Positions 10,845 through 22,127 of a DNA stretch of 64,000 bases are shown here, in pieces (position 1 is the stretch's first letter; every line of letters starts with the position of its first letter). The notes under the pieces are model-generated. The model saw nothing but the letters and a program-made list of their open reading frames with translations. It made no database searches and was not told where the DNA came from. The stretch comes from Candidatus Tayloriibacteriota bacterium (GTDB lineage Bacteria > Patescibacteriota > Minisyncoccia > Phycocordibacterales > PALSA-1337): positions 6,015 through 70,014 of the forward strand of contig JANNAN010000013.1 of NCBI GenBank assembly GCA_031384385.1. Direction: 5' to 3'. The translations under genes and the position numbers were made by a program.

Positions 10845-13115
10845 TTATTTAGCTTCTGTAGCCTTCTTTTTAAAGCCACCTCTTCTTCCAATCACTTTTG
10901 GTTTATTTAGAATTTCAATTGCTCTTTCTAGAGTAATTTCATATGGATTGTCACCATCTTTAACTTTCAGTGAACGGAAATCCGCATCATGCACTATATA
11001 TGGACCGAAACGCCCAATATTAGCTGTAATATTTTTTCCTGTAGCAGGGAATGCACCTAGAACCTTTGGTAGACTTAAATATTTCAATGCATTTTCCATA
11101 CTAATATTTGCAAGATCCATTCCTTTTGGAATTGAAGCCATACGAGGCTTGAAGACTACAGGTTTAGAAATAACTGGATCACCCTTTTTTCTACGGGGTT
11201 TTTTCTCGCCTTCAATTTTTTTAACTTTTGGTTCATATGCACCAAGTTGAACATAAGGGCCATATTTGCCAACTAATACAAATATTGGTAATCCAGAAAC
11301 AGGGTCAATACCAATTGGCTCATCTTTTTTTATTTCTGTACCATCCATCATTAGAGCACCATCACAGTCTGGATATGTTGAACATGAAAGAAATTTACCA
11401 TTTCTTCCAAGTTTAATAATCATATCCACCTTACATTTTGGACATTTATGATGAGATTCTGCATCTCCAAGATTTGTGATCTTTGCTTCTTTTTCTAAAA
11501 CTTTGATTTCTTTTGCGAATGGAATATAGAAATCTTTTAAAACTTTTAAATATTGCTTATCACCATTTGCAATATCGTCAAGTGAGTCTTCCATTTCAGC
11601 TGTAAATGAATCATTAATATATTTCATGAAATTGGCTTCAAGAAAAGATGAGACGACATCTCCAGTATCGGTAGGTTTTAGAGCTTTATTTTCTTTTTCA
11701 ACATAACCACGCTCTTCAATTGTACGAATAATAGATGCGTAAGTAGAAGGACGCCCAATTCCTCTTTTTTCTAATTCTTTAATTAAACCAGCTTCACTGT
11801 ATCTTCCCGGTGGTTGCGTGGCTTTTTCTTCACTTCTAATATCTTTTAGATTTAAAGAATCACCCTTTGAAATTTTTGGAAGTTCTACATCCTCACCTCT
11901 AGCATCTGGATCTGCAATTAACCAACCAGGAAATACTAGACGGGAGCCATTGGCTTGAAATTCAGGAATACTTTCTCTAGATTTTATATTGGCTGTTATT
12001 TTTGTTCTTAGAAGTTCAGCATCAGTCATTTGAGATGCTACAGTTCTTTGCCAAATTAATTTATACAAAGTTTTTTGTTCATCATTTAATCCTGCATTTT
12101 CTACATTTATATATGAAGGTCGAATAGCCTCATGAGCTTCTTGAGCATTTTTACTTTTCTTTGCATAAGTTCTGAATTGTAAATATGGCTTACCATATTT
12201 TTTTTCTACTACAGAGGCGATTTGACCAAGAGCAACTTGGCTTAGATTTGTACTATCTGTTCTCATATATGTAATATGTCCAGCCTCATAAAGTCTTTGC
12301 GCAATTTGCATTGTTCTTGATGGCGCATAACCAAGTCTAGAACTAGCTGCTTGTTGTAGTGTAGAAGTTATAAAAGGAGCTTTTGGTGAACGCTTTGCTG
12401 TACTTTCATTTACATCTGTAATTTCCCAAGGATTTTCTCTTCCTAATTTAAGAATATTTTCTACAATTTTAAAATCAATTGGTTCTTCAGAACAAGTTAA
12501 TGCAAAAGGTATTGCTGGTTTTGAGATAGTCTCTGTATCAGCTGTAATTACCCAGAATGCATGAGATTTGAAAGCACGAATTTCTCTTTCTCTTTCCATT
12601 ATTATTCTTAGTGCTGGTGATTGAACACGACCAGCAGAAAGACCATATCGAACTTTTTTCCAAATTAGACCAGAAAGATCATAACCAACTAGACGATCTA
12701 GAACTCTTCGAGCTTCTTGGGCCATACGAAGATTCTCATCAATTTTACGAGGATGATTCATTGCTTCTATAACTGCATCTTTTGTAATTTCATGAAAGAC
12801 TACGCGATTTGGATTTTTTAAATTTGCAGCTTCAGCGATATGCCAAGCAATAGCTTCTCCTTCACGATCGGGGTCAGTTGCCAGTATTACCTCATCAGCT
12901 TCTTTTGCTAATTGTCTTATTTCTGCAACAACTTTTTCTTTTCCCGGAGAGATTTCATAATGAGGAATAAAACCACCTTCAATATCAATAGCCTTCTTAT
13001 TACTCTTTGGTAGATCACGAATATGTCCAATAGAAGCTTTAACAGTATATTTCCCATCTAAATATTTGGAAATTGTTTGTGCTTTTGCTGGTGATTCAAC
13101 AATAAGTAATTTCAT
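10845..13115 (-). CDS. topA: DNA topoisomerase I
   Basis: LIVESPAKA, ATDPDREGEAI, SAGRVQ, ITYMRTDS, zinc ribbon and C-terminal repeats. Confidence 0.97.
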   Translation of the reverse strand: MKLLIVESPAKAQTISKYLDGKYTVKASIGHIRDLPKSNKKAIDIEGGFIPHYEISPGKEKVVAEIRQLAKEADEVILATDPDREGEAIAWHIAEAANLKNPNRVVFHEITKDAVIEAMNHPRKIDENLRMAQEARRVLDRLVGYDLSGLIWKKVRYGLSAGRVQSPALRIIMEREREIRAFKSHAFWVITADTETISKPAIPFALTCSEEPIDFKIVENILKLGRENPWEITDVNESTAKRSPKAPFITSTLQQAASSRLGYAPSRTMQIAQRLYEAGHITYMRTDSTNLSQVALGQIASVVEKKYGKPYLQFRTYAKKSKNAQEAHEAIRPSYINVENAGLNDEQKTLYKLIWQRTVASQMTDAELLRTKITANIKSRESIPEFQANGSRLVFPGWLIADPDARGEDVELPKISKGDSLNLKDIRSEEKATQPPGRYSEAGLIKELEKRGIGRPSTYASIIRTIEERGYVEKENKALKPTDTGDVVSSFLEANFMKYINDSFTAEMEDSLDDIANGDKQYLKVLKDFYIPFAKEIKVLEKEAKITNLGDAESHHKCPKCKVDMIIKLGRNGKFLSCSTYPDCDGALMMDGTEIKKDEPIGIDPVSGLPIFVLVGKYGPYVQLGAYEPKVKKIEGEKKPRRKKGDPVISKPVVFKPRMASIPKGMDLANISMENALKYLSLPKVLGAFPATGKNITANIGRFGPYIVHDADFRSLKVKDGDNPYEITLERAIEILNKPKVIGRRGGFKKKATEAK

Positions 13116-13238
13116 ATTTCACATAGTATTACATGATAATAGGGAAGGTGGCAAATCTGTAAAGATTTTTATATAAGAGAAACCCGCCAAGAAAGCTATC
13201 TTTCAATGACGGGGTCTTTGTTTTTTGAGATTATTTTT

Positions 13239-13571
13239 TTATCCTTTTTTCCACTCTTCACCATCATCTTCATCATCTCTAATTCGTCTCCTGAGATTTA
13301 ACATTTTTTGTTGAAGTTCAAATATTTGAAGAGAAAAGATTTCACTAATCAAATCAAGATATCCATCTTCTTCTGGCAAGCTTGAGTGTATCATATTTGT
13401 ACAAATTTTTTCAAATTGTTTTTCGCTTAATTTTATTCCCAACATTATCTGTGCAATCTCGATACCCTTTGATTGTGTTAGAAATGGTTCAGATTCAGAA
13501 CCATCGTTAAAAATTATGTAACCAACAATACCATTTTCGTCCATTTGGAAATATCCTTTTCTTATTGGCAT
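13239..13571 (-). CDS. Hypothetical protein
   Basis: 110-aa ORF with AAGGA upstream; hairpin at 13178-13216 downstream. Confidence 0.6.
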   Translation of the reverse strand: MPIRKGYFQMDENGIVGYIIFNDGSESEPFLTQSKGIEIAQIMLGIKLSEKQFEKICTNMIHSSLPEEDGYLDLISEIFSLQIFELQQKMLNLRRRIRDDEDDGEEWKKG

Positions 13572-13725
13572 AATTATCCTTTGGTTGTGGGTTTACTGTT
13601 TGTGCTATTTAAATTAACTATACTACTTATATGAAATATAAGAAATCATAGCCATAAAGCCATATCTGTGGTAATGTAAATTCTACGGACAATTCTTATT
13701 AAAATAATAAATAATTCATAAATAT

Positions 13726-14235
13726 ATGGGAAATTTCGAAAGAGGGGGAAGAAATGGTGCTAGTAGAGGAGGTTTTGGTGGTGGAGATAGAGGCGGATTT
13801 AGGGGTGGAAGAGATGATGGTAGAGAATCAAGAGGTCCTGTAACTATGCATAGTGCTATTTGTGCTAGTTGTAAAAAATCTTGTGAAGTCCCATTCAGAC
13901 CGTCAGGGGATAAGCCAGTTTACTGTAGAGATTGCTTTGCTGGAAGAAATGCTATGGGTGGTGATAGATCAGATAGAAAAGATCCAAGATCTTTTTCAAA
14001 AGATACTTCTCAATCAAATTCAAATTCTGTCGGAAATAATGAAATTAAAAAACAGATAGAAGCGATAAATATTAAATTAGATAAAATTCTTTCTTTAGTA
14101 CATGCTAGTACTTTGAAGGGAACTCTAAAGGAAATTACGAATGAGTCAAAAGAGAATCCAAAAGAAAAAGCACCAGTAAGTATTGTAGAAAAAGCAGTTG
14201 CAAAGAAAGTTTCAAAAAAAGCAGGAAAGAAGTAA
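13726..14235 (+). CDS. CxxC-x17-CxxC domain protein with RGG-rich N-terminus
   Basis: CASCKKSCEVPFRPSGDKPVYCRDC; terminator at 14255-14290. Confidence 0.85.
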   Translation: MGNFERGGRNGASRGGFGGGDRGGFRGGRDDGRESRGPVTMHSAICASCKKSCEVPFRPSGDKPVYCRDCFAGRNAMGGDRSDRKDPRSFSKDTSQSNSNSVGNNEIKKQIEAINIKLDKILSLVHASTLKGTLKEITNESKENPKEKAPVSIVEKAVAKKVSKKAGKK

Positions 14236-14297
14236 AAAATAATTTAATTAAAAGAAAAAACCGAAGTCTGCTTGCACTTCGGTTTTTTTTGACGGAG

Positions 14298-15251
14298 TCA
14301 GAGATTTAACTCTCTTTTCATTTTTGCAATTGTTGCTGACATTAATGGTTGAGAAGCAAGTCCTTTGATTTGATTCCAAACTTTAATTTGATGCTCAACA
14401 GGAATGCGTGCAATCATGGCGCCGATATCTATTGTCATCCTTTCAGCACCAGTCTCTCTTGCAACACTTCGAGTGATATTGAGTAGTGGTTTAAGTTTAG
14501 GATGAAGATTTTTAATAGTGGCTACATTGTAAAATAAAGCCACACTTCCTTCCTTCATTCTTCTTGTGAATATGTTAGCTTTTATTTTCTCATCTTCAAG
14601 ATATTTACACAAACTTTTACAGACGTTCGTAACACGTATGTCACCATTGCAATATTCCTTTACGAATTTTGCAAATAGTGGATTGTTGTTGAATGTTCGA
14701 ACTAGTGGCTCCATATAGGTTGATCCATATTTTCTTTCCATTCTTTCCTCACTTAACAATTCAATACTTCCCACATTTTCTATGTAAATCCTGCTTGCAT
14801 TTTTAAAGAGATCAATCTTAGTTGAAATCTCTTTCGATACTTGCTTGGTGATAATTTCCCAAAATCCTATTTCTTCACCAATAATTGAGTAGGCCCTTGT
14901 GCCATCAGTTTGTTCCAATTCAATCATGATCCTTCCTTTTTCAATCAAAATTTTGCAATCACGATTGATAAGGTGTAGCTCAATTGGATTATTCATCATT
15001 ACTTTTTTTGAGATATATTCCAAAATCATGAATGTCTCTGAACCTTTGTCAGGGGCAATTCCTGTAATGTAATTTATCTTGTCAGAATTGACCGGATGAA
15101 TGGAAGTAAAAAATGCATCTTTCAATGCAGTAATACCGTTACTGAAAAGAGTTCCACTTGGACCATTTGAAACTTGAACAGAAATGATTTGTTCGATGGT
15201 TATTACCTTTTTTGATAAATCAGGTATCAGACTTTCTTTATTTGTTTTCAT
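14298..15251 (-). CDS. Hypothetical protein
   Basis: Long ORF; likely start MKTNKES at 15251. Confidence 0.65.
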   Translation of the reverse strand: MKTNKESLIPDLSKKVITIEQIISVQVSNGPSGTLFSNGITALKDAFFTSIHPVNSDKINYITGIAPDKGSETFMILEYISKKVMMNNPIELHLINRDCKILIEKGRIMIELEQTDGTRAYSIIGEEIGFWEIITKQVSKEISTKIDLFKNASRIYIENVGSIELLSEERMERKYGSTYMEPLVRTFNNNPLFAKFVKEYCNGDIRVTNVCKSLCKYLEDEKIKANIFTRRMKEGSVALFYNVATIKNLHPKLKPLLNITRSVARETGAERMTIDIGAMIARIPVEHQIKVWNQIKGLASQPLMSATIAKMKRELNL

Positions 15252-15393
15252 AATATCAAAGAGTCGTGAATTGCTACGAGCAATTCTGTTTTCTATATCT
15301 AAACTACAATATATTACTATACTCGTCAAATATTTTATTTTTGAATAAAAAAGAGAAGCAGACACCGAAAAGGTAATCTGCTTCCTGAATTCT

Positions 15394-15833
15394 TCATTTC
15401 CTATAATTTATGCGGTATATCACCGCTATCCTTACTGCAGTAAAAGTTATTTTGCCAGTAGGATCAGAGTTCCTGATTATTTTGTATGCTGGATCCAGCC
15501 ATACATGATTGAGTTCGATTAAGATATCGTCAGTTGTAAGTTTGGAAAATAAACAATTCCATGCCCACTGACGCTTGATTCTACAATCTTGATCTCGTTG
15601 CCGTTCCGCATGAATCCAATTCTGCAAACGAGTCTTTTCCTCTAAAGACTGGGGTTTGTCATCATTGAATAGATCATAATAAAACTGTAATTTTTTGCAT
15701 ACATCAGGTACGGCCAAACTATCGAAAAGCCTATGATATGCTTCATGTTTGTAACGAGGGACAAGTGAAATATTTTCGCTATTACGATTTCCTCCACGAC
15801 TTTTGGGTCTGCGATGGTGTTCGGTAATATCAT
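15394..15833 (-). pseudogene. Hypothetical gene apparently split by a frameshift
   Basis: Overlapping ORFs 15642-15833 and 15394-15717 in different frames behind one AGGAGG-containing leader. Confidence 0.35.
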
Positions 15834-15953
15834 TTGGTTTGCATTTATGATTTCGCCGATGTTTTTTATGTGGCTTTCTCGTAAATCCTCCTGGGTTGAT
15901 TGTTTACTTTTACAAAGTTTTGCTACTATTAATAACTATATCACTTTTATTTT

Positions 15954-16823
15954 TTAAATCAATTTGAATTTTCCAAATTTTTCTTCAATTAATCCTTGAA
16001 TTTCTAAAGACGAAAGTATTTCATTAATTTCTTTTGCTGATAAATCGGTTTTTAAAACCAATTGTTCATTTGTGTAAAATTCTATTTGTAAATATTCTAC
16101 AATCTTTCTTTCATTCTCTGATAAATTTAAAAGCAAACTCGGTTGAATGTTCCGAATTTCTTCTTTTGTCTTTAATCCTAACATTTCTAAAATATCATTT
16201 GAACAAGTTATTGGAGTTGCACCAAGACGAATAAGCATATGTGGTCCTTCAGAAAGTGATGAGAAAATTTGACCGGGAACAGCTCCAACATCTCTATTAT
16301 AATCCGTAGCAAATTTTGAAGTTATTAATGTGCCAGATTTTAGCTCTGCTTCAATTACAATTGTGGCTTTTGAAATACCTGCCATTAAACGATTTCTTTG
16401 TGGAAATGTCCAGGGAGTACCTTTTTGATCCATTTCAAATTCTGAAATAAGTGCACCGCCAGCATATAGAATTTCGTCAGCCAATTTTTTATTTGCTGAT
16501 GGATAAAGTACATTATCATTCAATCCAGAACCTGGAAATGCAATAGTCTGCAAACCAGCATCTAAAGCTGCTCTATGAGCAATTGCATCAATTCCTAATG
16601 CTAAACCAGATACTATACATATATTGTATCCCTTTAAGCCTAAAATAAGCTTTCTGCACACTTCTTCGCCATAATTTGAGTATTTACGAGCTCCAACAAT
16701 GCAGAGGTTCACTGTGTCAGTTTTAGGTAAATTACCTTTTATATGAAGTTTCTTTGGTGGATCTGTAATTTGTTGAAGTAAAAATGGTATTTCATCTTTT
16801 TCTAATGTATAGATATTATTCAT
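15954..16823 (-). CDS. dprA: DNA-processing protein DprA
   Basis: IVGAR, VSGLALGIDAIAH, FPQRNRLMAG, SGTLIT. Confidence 0.95.
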   Translation of the reverse strand: MNNIYTLEKDEIPFLLQQITDPPKKLHIKGNLPKTDTVNLCIVGARKYSNYGEEVCRKLILGLKGYNICIVSGLALGIDAIAHRAALDAGLQTIAFPGSGLNDNVLYPSANKKLADEILYAGGALISEFEMDQKGTPWTFPQRNRLMAGISKATIVIEAELKSGTLITSKFATDYNRDVGAVPGQIFSSLSEGPHMLIRLGATPITCSNDILEMLGLKTKEEIRNIQPSLLLNLSENERKIVEYLQIEFYTNEQLVLKTDLSAKEINEILSSLEIQGLIEEKFGKFKLI

Positions 16824-16904
16824 AAAATCTTAAGATTAATTAATAAAGTATCAATTATATCAAATACTAATGAATTTTTTAATAAATATGTTAATATATA
16901 TAAT

Positions 16905-18164
16905 ATGTTAGATATTAAATTTATAAGAGAGAATAAAGATTTAGTACAAGCTGGAGCAAAGAAAAAAAATGTTGAAATAAACATTGAAGAGCTTCTTGTT
17001 ATTGATGATAAAAGAAAAGAACTACTTACATCTATAGAAAAGAAACGATCAGAGCAAAATGCTATTAGCGAAAAAATAACTAAAGCAACTCCAGAGATTC
17101 GTCAACAAATGATTAATGATATGAAAGTTGTTAAAGAGTCTCTTCAAAAAGAAGAAGAATTTTTAAAAGAAACAATGAAATCTTGGCAAGATATGATGCT
17201 CAGAGTTCCAAATATTCCTGATATGTCTGTTCCAGAAGGAAATACAGATAAAGACAATAAAGAGATAAAAACTTGGGGAGAAAAACCGATATTTGATTTT
17301 GAACCAAAAGATCATGTTGAAATAATGACAAAGTTGAATATGGTTGATTTTGAAAGAGGAGCCAAAGTTCATGGTTTTAGAGGTTATTATCTTATGGGAG
17401 ATGGAGCGAGATTGTCTTTTGCTATCTGGCAATATGCTATGGAGTTCTTTAGTAATAAAAATTTTATTCCAGTAATTCCACCAACTATTGTAAGAAAAGC
17501 TTTCCTATATGGTACAGCTCATCTTCCTGGAGATGTGGAAGATTTTTATATGACACAAGATGGTGACGCACTTGCCGGTACTGCAGAAGTTCCATTAATG
17601 GGTATGCATAGCGAAGAAGTTTTAGAATTAAAAGATCTACCAAAACGTTATTTAGGATTCTCACCTTGTTATAGGCGTGAAGCTGGTGCACATAGTAAAG
17701 ATGTAAAGGGTCTTATTCGTGTCCATGAATTTTATAAATTTGAACAGTTAATTCTTTGCGAAGCTAGCCATGAATTTTCAGTAGCTTTTCATGAAGAAAT
17801 AAACAATAATACTGAACAATTTATTGAATCATTAGGTATTCCATATCATACAGTTTTAAATTGTGGCGCAGATCTTGGACTTGGACAAGTTAAAAAATAC
17901 GATATTGAACTTTGGGTTCCAAAAGAAAATACATATAGAGAAATTTCATCAGCATCATATTTTCATGATTTCCAAACTCGACGCTTGAATACTCGCTATA
18001 AAGATTCTGAAGGCAAACTTCGTTATGCTCATTCATTAAATTGTACAGCCATTCCAACTCCTAGAATTCTCGTGTCTTTGGTTGAAAACTATCAACAGGC
18101 TGATGGCTCAATAAAGATTCCAGAAGTTTTGCATAAATATATGGGTAAAAATGTTATCAAATAA
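16905..18164 (+). CDS. serS: Seryl-tRNA synthetase
   Basis: MLDIKFIREN, GTAEVPL, YRREAG, GLIRVHEFYK, HSLNCTA. Confidence 0.96.
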   Translation: MLDIKFIRENKDLVQAGAKKKNVEINIEELLVIDDKRKELLTSIEKKRSEQNAISEKITKATPEIRQQMINDMKVVKESLQKEEEFLKETMKSWQDMMLRVPNIPDMSVPEGNTDKDNKEIKTWGEKPIFDFEPKDHVEIMTKLNMVDFERGAKVHGFRGYYLMGDGARLSFAIWQYAMEFFSNKNFIPVIPPTIVRKAFLYGTAHLPGDVEDFYMTQDGDALAGTAEVPLMGMHSEEVLELKDLPKRYLGFSPCYRREAGAHSKDVKGLIRVHEFYKFEQLILCEASHEFSVAFHEEINNNTEQFIESLGIPYHTVLNCGADLGLGQVKKYDIELWVPKENTYREISSASYFHDFQTRRLNTRYKDSEGKLRYAHSLNCTAIPTPRILVSLVENYQQADGSIKIPEVLHKYMGKNVIK

Positions 18165-18984
18165 ACGCTCACGTCTTTTACATTCACCAAAACAATTACA
18201 GAAAAAACGTAAGAAGAATATTATGCTTGTTAGCTTTATTTTTTTAGGTGTTATCTCTGTACTATTTGCGATTATATTAATTTTACGTTTTAATTTTCTT
18301 CAGATTTCATCAATTAAAGTAATTGGCGCGAATACATTAAATGCTTATGAAATTGAACAAAAAACTCTGTCACTTTTAGATGGTAATTATTTATATTTTA
18401 TTCCAAAATCTAATTTATTTTTTTATCCTAAAAACTTTATTAAAAATATTTTAATTGATTCATATAAAAAAATAGAAAGTTTAGAAATCAATTACGAAAG
18501 TCTGTCAGAAATTGGTATTACTATAAAAGAAAGAAATCCAAACATTTTAGTTTGTGAAGGATTCCATGAAGAAAATGGTCAAAATGAAAATTGTTTTTTT
18601 GCTGATAAAAATGGATATGTATATGAAAAAGCACCACCATTCTCAAGTGGCGTGTATATCAGATATTACATTGATTCAGATATTAACGATAAAATAATTG
18701 GTACAACCTTTATTGATAAAAAACTTTTCAATGATTTGCAAAATTTTATTGATATTACAAAAAGATCCAAGATAAATTTAATAGGTATTTTGATAGGAGC
18801 TGAAGGGAATTATGAAATGTATTCAAAAAATTCAAATAATTCAGAGACTGTTATATATTTTAATGATCGCATTCCTTTTGATAAAACTGCTGGAAATTTA
18901 TTAACTTTTCTTAATAATTCAAAAGGAAATTTTGATTCTATAAATCTTCGATTTGGAAATAATATTTTCTATGTCAACAAATAA
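18151..18984 (+). CDS. FtsQ/DivIB-like cell division protein
   Basis: Basic N-tail, single TM, POTRA-like segment, C-terminal INLRFGN. Confidence 0.7.
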   Translation: MLSNKRSRLLHSPKQLQKKRKKNIMLVSFIFLGVISVLFAIILILRFNFLQISSIKVIGANTLNAYEIEQKTLSLLDGNYLYFIPKSNLFFYPKNFIKNILIDSYKKIESLEINYESLSEIGITIKERNPNILVCEGFHEENGQNENCFFADKNGYVYEKAPPFSSGVYIRYYIDSDINDKIIGTTFIDKKLFNDLQNFIDITKRSKINLIGILIGAEGNYEMYSKNSNNSETVIYFNDRIPFDKTAGNLLTFLNNSKGNFDSINLRFGNNIFYVNK

Positions 18985-19936
18985 TTTTAAAGCATTATTG
19001 TATTCAATGTTTACTGCCACTATATTTGGTGGAATATTGGCTTTTTCATTTATTTCTTTATATTCATATTTTTCAAATTCTGAGCCCGTTACAGCACAGA
19101 TTTCATTACCACAACTATCTGAAGAAGATTCTACATTTTCTTCGAGATTATCAAATTCAACAGTTTCTTCAATAGAGAAAGACTTAGAAATTATTGAAGG
19201 TATAAAAAAATCATTACCAAGAGTTGGTTCCAAAAAAGTTTCTGCTGCTGGATATATTGTTGTAAATGTAGGAGATAATTTTACTGTACTTGAAGAAAAT
19301 ACTGAAATACTTATGCCAATAGCTTCTATTACAAAACTTATAACAGCAGTTGTCGCAAGAAAATTATTTGATAAAGATAAGTATATTAATATTACCTCAG
19401 AAATTTTGAAAACTTATGGAAATGAAGGAAGATTGAGATTAAATGAAAAATTTAAATTAGATGAATTAATGTTCCCACTTCTTATGGTTTCAAGTAATGA
19501 TTCTGCTGAAGCTATAGCCCAATCTTATCCACAAGGTCGACAAAAGTTTATTAAAGAAATGAATAATTGGGTAAATAGTATTGGTGCGTATAGAACATAT
19601 TTCAAAGACCCATCAGGACTTTCATCATCAAATATTTCGACTGCAAAAGATTTAATTATTATAACTAAATGGATTTTGGAAAATGATCCAGAAATTTTTG
19701 ATATTACATTAAATAAAACAAAAACTATTAGAACACATACATGGACTAATCCAACTCACTTTTTAAATTTATCAACCTATGCTGGTGGGAAAAATGGATA
19801 TACAGTAGAAGCTAACAGAACAAGTATTTCACTGTTTAAATTGGGTCTTCAAAAGAAACTCTTTGCTGTAGTTTTACTTGGAAGTTCTATTCGTGACAAT
19901 GACACATTATATTTGCTAGAAGAGGCTCTGAGGTAG
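18971..19936 (+). CDS. D-alanyl-D-alanine carboxypeptidase (peptidase S11)
   Basis: SxxK (ASITK), SxN (SSND), KxG (GKNGY). Confidence 0.88.
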   Translation: MSTNNFKALLYSMFTATIFGGILAFSFISLYSYFSNSEPVTAQISLPQLSEEDSTFSSRLSNSTVSSIEKDLEIIEGIKKSLPRVGSKKVSAAGYIVVNVGDNFTVLEENTEILMPIASITKLITAVVARKLFDKDKYINITSEILKTYGNEGRLRLNEKFKLDELMFPLLMVSSNDSAEAIAQSYPQGRQKFIKEMNNWVNSIGAYRTYFKDPSGLSSSNISTAKDLIIITKWILENDPEIFDITLNKTKTIRTHTWTNPTHFLNLSTYAGGKNGYTVEANRTSISLFKLGLQKKLFAVVLLGSSIRDNDTLYLLEEALR

Positions 19937-19948
19937 TAGTATTAAATA

Positions 19949-20947
19949 ATGTTTAAAATAGGAAGTAAAAAAACCAATAAAAACTTTTGGAAAAGCTTGA
20001 AAAGGCCTTTATTTGTCATAGCTCCAATGGCAAATGTTACTGATGTGGCTTTTCGTTCAATGTTCGCAAAGTACGGTAAGCCAGATGTAATGTGGACTGA
20101 ATTCGTATCAGCAGATGGTCTTTGTTCTGCTGGTAAAAAAATGCTTTTGCATGATTTAGAATTTTCAAAAAATGAAGGACCAATAGTTGCTCAACTTTTT
20201 TCTGCTCATCCACAAAAAATGCGAGAAGCCTGTGCTTTGGTCGCTAGACTTGGTTTTGACGGAATTGATTTAAATATGGGATGTCCAGATAAATCTGTAG
20301 AAAAACAAGGTTCAGGTGCTGCTCATATTAAATATCCAGAATTAGCAAAAGAAATTATCGAAGCAGCAAGAGCTGGAGTAAAAGATGCTAGTAAGGATAT
20401 TCCAATTTCTGTAAAAACAAGAATTGGCTATAATAAAATTGATTTATCGTGGATTGAATTTCTTTTAAAATTGAATTTACCAAATTTAACAGTTCACTTG
20501 CGAACAAGAAAAGAAATGTCAGATGTTCCCGCACATTGGGATTTAATGTCGGAAATTATTAAATTGAGAGATAGAATTTCTCCAGAAACTTTAATTATAG
20601 GGAATGGTGATGTTAATAGTTTGGAAGACGCTAAAATGAAAGTAAAAGAAAGTGGATGCGATGGTGCAATGATTGGGCGTGGAATTTTTGGTAATCCTTG
20701 GTTTTTCAGTGGTAAACTTGTCTCAGAAATTCCTGTAGAGGAAAGATTAAAAGTGATGCTGGAACATGCAAAAGCTTTTGATAAATATCTTGGTAAAGTA
20801 AAGAACTTCGCAATTATGAAAAAACATTTTAAAGCTTATGTTTCTGGCTGGGATGGGGCAAAGGAATTGAGAATTAAACTTATGGAAAGTAGTGGATTTG
20901 GGGAGATGGAGAAGATTGTGAAAGATTATCTTAAAATGTTAAAATAA
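19949..20947 (+). CDS. dus: tRNA-dihydrouridine synthase
   Basis: APMANVTD, DLNMGCP, SVKTRIG, GNGDV, MIGRG. Confidence 0.93.
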   Translation: MFKIGSKKTNKNFWKSLKRPLFVIAPMANVTDVAFRSMFAKYGKPDVMWTEFVSADGLCSAGKKMLLHDLEFSKNEGPIVAQLFSAHPQKMREACALVARLGFDGIDLNMGCPDKSVEKQGSGAAHIKYPELAKEIIEAARAGVKDASKDIPISVKTRIGYNKIDLSWIEFLLKLNLPNLTVHLRTRKEMSDVPAHWDLMSEIIKLRDRISPETLIIGNGDVNSLEDAKMKVKESGCDGAMIGRGIFGNPWFFSGKLVSEIPVEERLKVMLEHAKAFDKYLGKVKNFAIMKKHFKAYVSGWDGAKELRIKLMESSGFGEMEKIVKDYLKMLK

Positions 20948-20951
20948 AAGC

Positions 20952-22019
20952 ATGCCCATAAAAACTATTGATAAATCCTCAAAGTCCTCAAAAGATACTT
21001 CATCTGTACTTTATCGTAAATACCGTCCTTTTGATTGGTCTGATGTTATTGGCCAAGAGCATGTTGTAAGTGTTTTAGAAAGTTCAATTAAATCTGATCG
21101 CATCGCTCACGCATATCTTTTTTCTGGAAGTCGTGGAACTGGTAAAACTTCTATAGCTCGTATTTTTTCTAGAGCATTAGGAATTAGCGATAATGATATT
21201 TATGAAATTGATGCCGCTTCGAATCGTGGTATTGATGATATTCGTGAAATTCGTGATGGTGTAAGTGTTCTTCCTTTTGAATCAAAATACAAAGTTTATA
21301 TAATAGATGAAGTCCATATGCTTACAAAAGAAGCTTTTAATGCGCTCCTTAAAACTCTAGAAGAACCACCAGCGCATGCTTTATTTATTTTGGCTACTAC
21401 AGAAACAGAAAAGATTCCCGAAACTGTTATTTCTCGTTGCCAAGTTTTTACTTTCAAAAAACCTACGAGAGAAATTTTGAAAACTTTAATTTCTAAGGTT
21501 GGTAAAAAAGAGGGCTTTGTTCTAGAAACTGGGATTGCAGATTTAATTTCATTATTGGGAGATGGATCATTCCGAGATAGTCTTGGGATTTTGCAAAAAG
21601 TTATAAGTTCTATATCAGGCGAGAAAATTTCCATAAAAGAAGTAGAAAATATTACAGGCGCTCCAAAGGGAAGTCTGGTAAATGATTTTATAATTGCAAT
21701 TGCTAAAAATGATAAAGAAAAAGCTTTGCAAACTATTTCATTAGCAAAGGAAGGGAATATTTCAATGAAAATTTTTATTGCATTAATTCTTGAGAAAGTT
21801 CGTATTATTTTATTATTAAAAAATGCACCAGCTTTACTGAAAACTTTACAAGAACAAGTTTCTGAAGATGATTGGAAAGTGCTTGAGACTTTGGCGAACG
21901 ATAAAGAATCAAAGTTAGGCTCATTGACACTTCTGATGCTTCTTAAAGCTTATGATACTACTGGAAAAGCATATATTGAAAGTTTGCCATTGGAATTGGG
22001 GGTGGTGGAGATGGGGTAA
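20952..22019 (+). CDS. dnaX: DNA polymerase III subunit gamma/tau
   Basis: LYRKYRP, GSRGTGKTS, EIDAASNRG, IIDEVHML, SRCQ. Confidence 0.95.
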   Translation: MPIKTIDKSSKSSKDTSSVLYRKYRPFDWSDVIGQEHVVSVLESSIKSDRIAHAYLFSGSRGTGKTSIARIFSRALGISDNDIYEIDAASNRGIDDIREIRDGVSVLPFESKYKVYIIDEVHMLTKEAFNALLKTLEEPPAHALFILATTETEKIPETVISRCQVFTFKKPTREILKTLISKVGKKEGFVLETGIADLISLLGDGSFRDSLGILQKVISSISGEKISIKEVENITGAPKGSLVNDFIIAIAKNDKEKALQTISLAKEGNISMKIFIALILEKVRIILLLKNAPALLKTLQEQVSEDDWKVLETLANDKESKLGSLTLLMLLKAYDTTGKAYIESLPLELGVVEMG

Positions 22020-22127
22020 TTTAAAACCCCTATTTTTTGTAAATCTTTATCATTTCTTTATTCCGTCTACAGCGTTTCTTTATTTTGTCTTTAGAATTTC
22101 TTTATTTCGGTCTGTTAGGCTTGATGA

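Noticed and set aside
12891-12898. CTGATGAG hammerhead-like core in topA (and CTGATGA near 39256)
   Set aside because: Both lie inside coding sequence with no stem II-GAAA or flanking stems.
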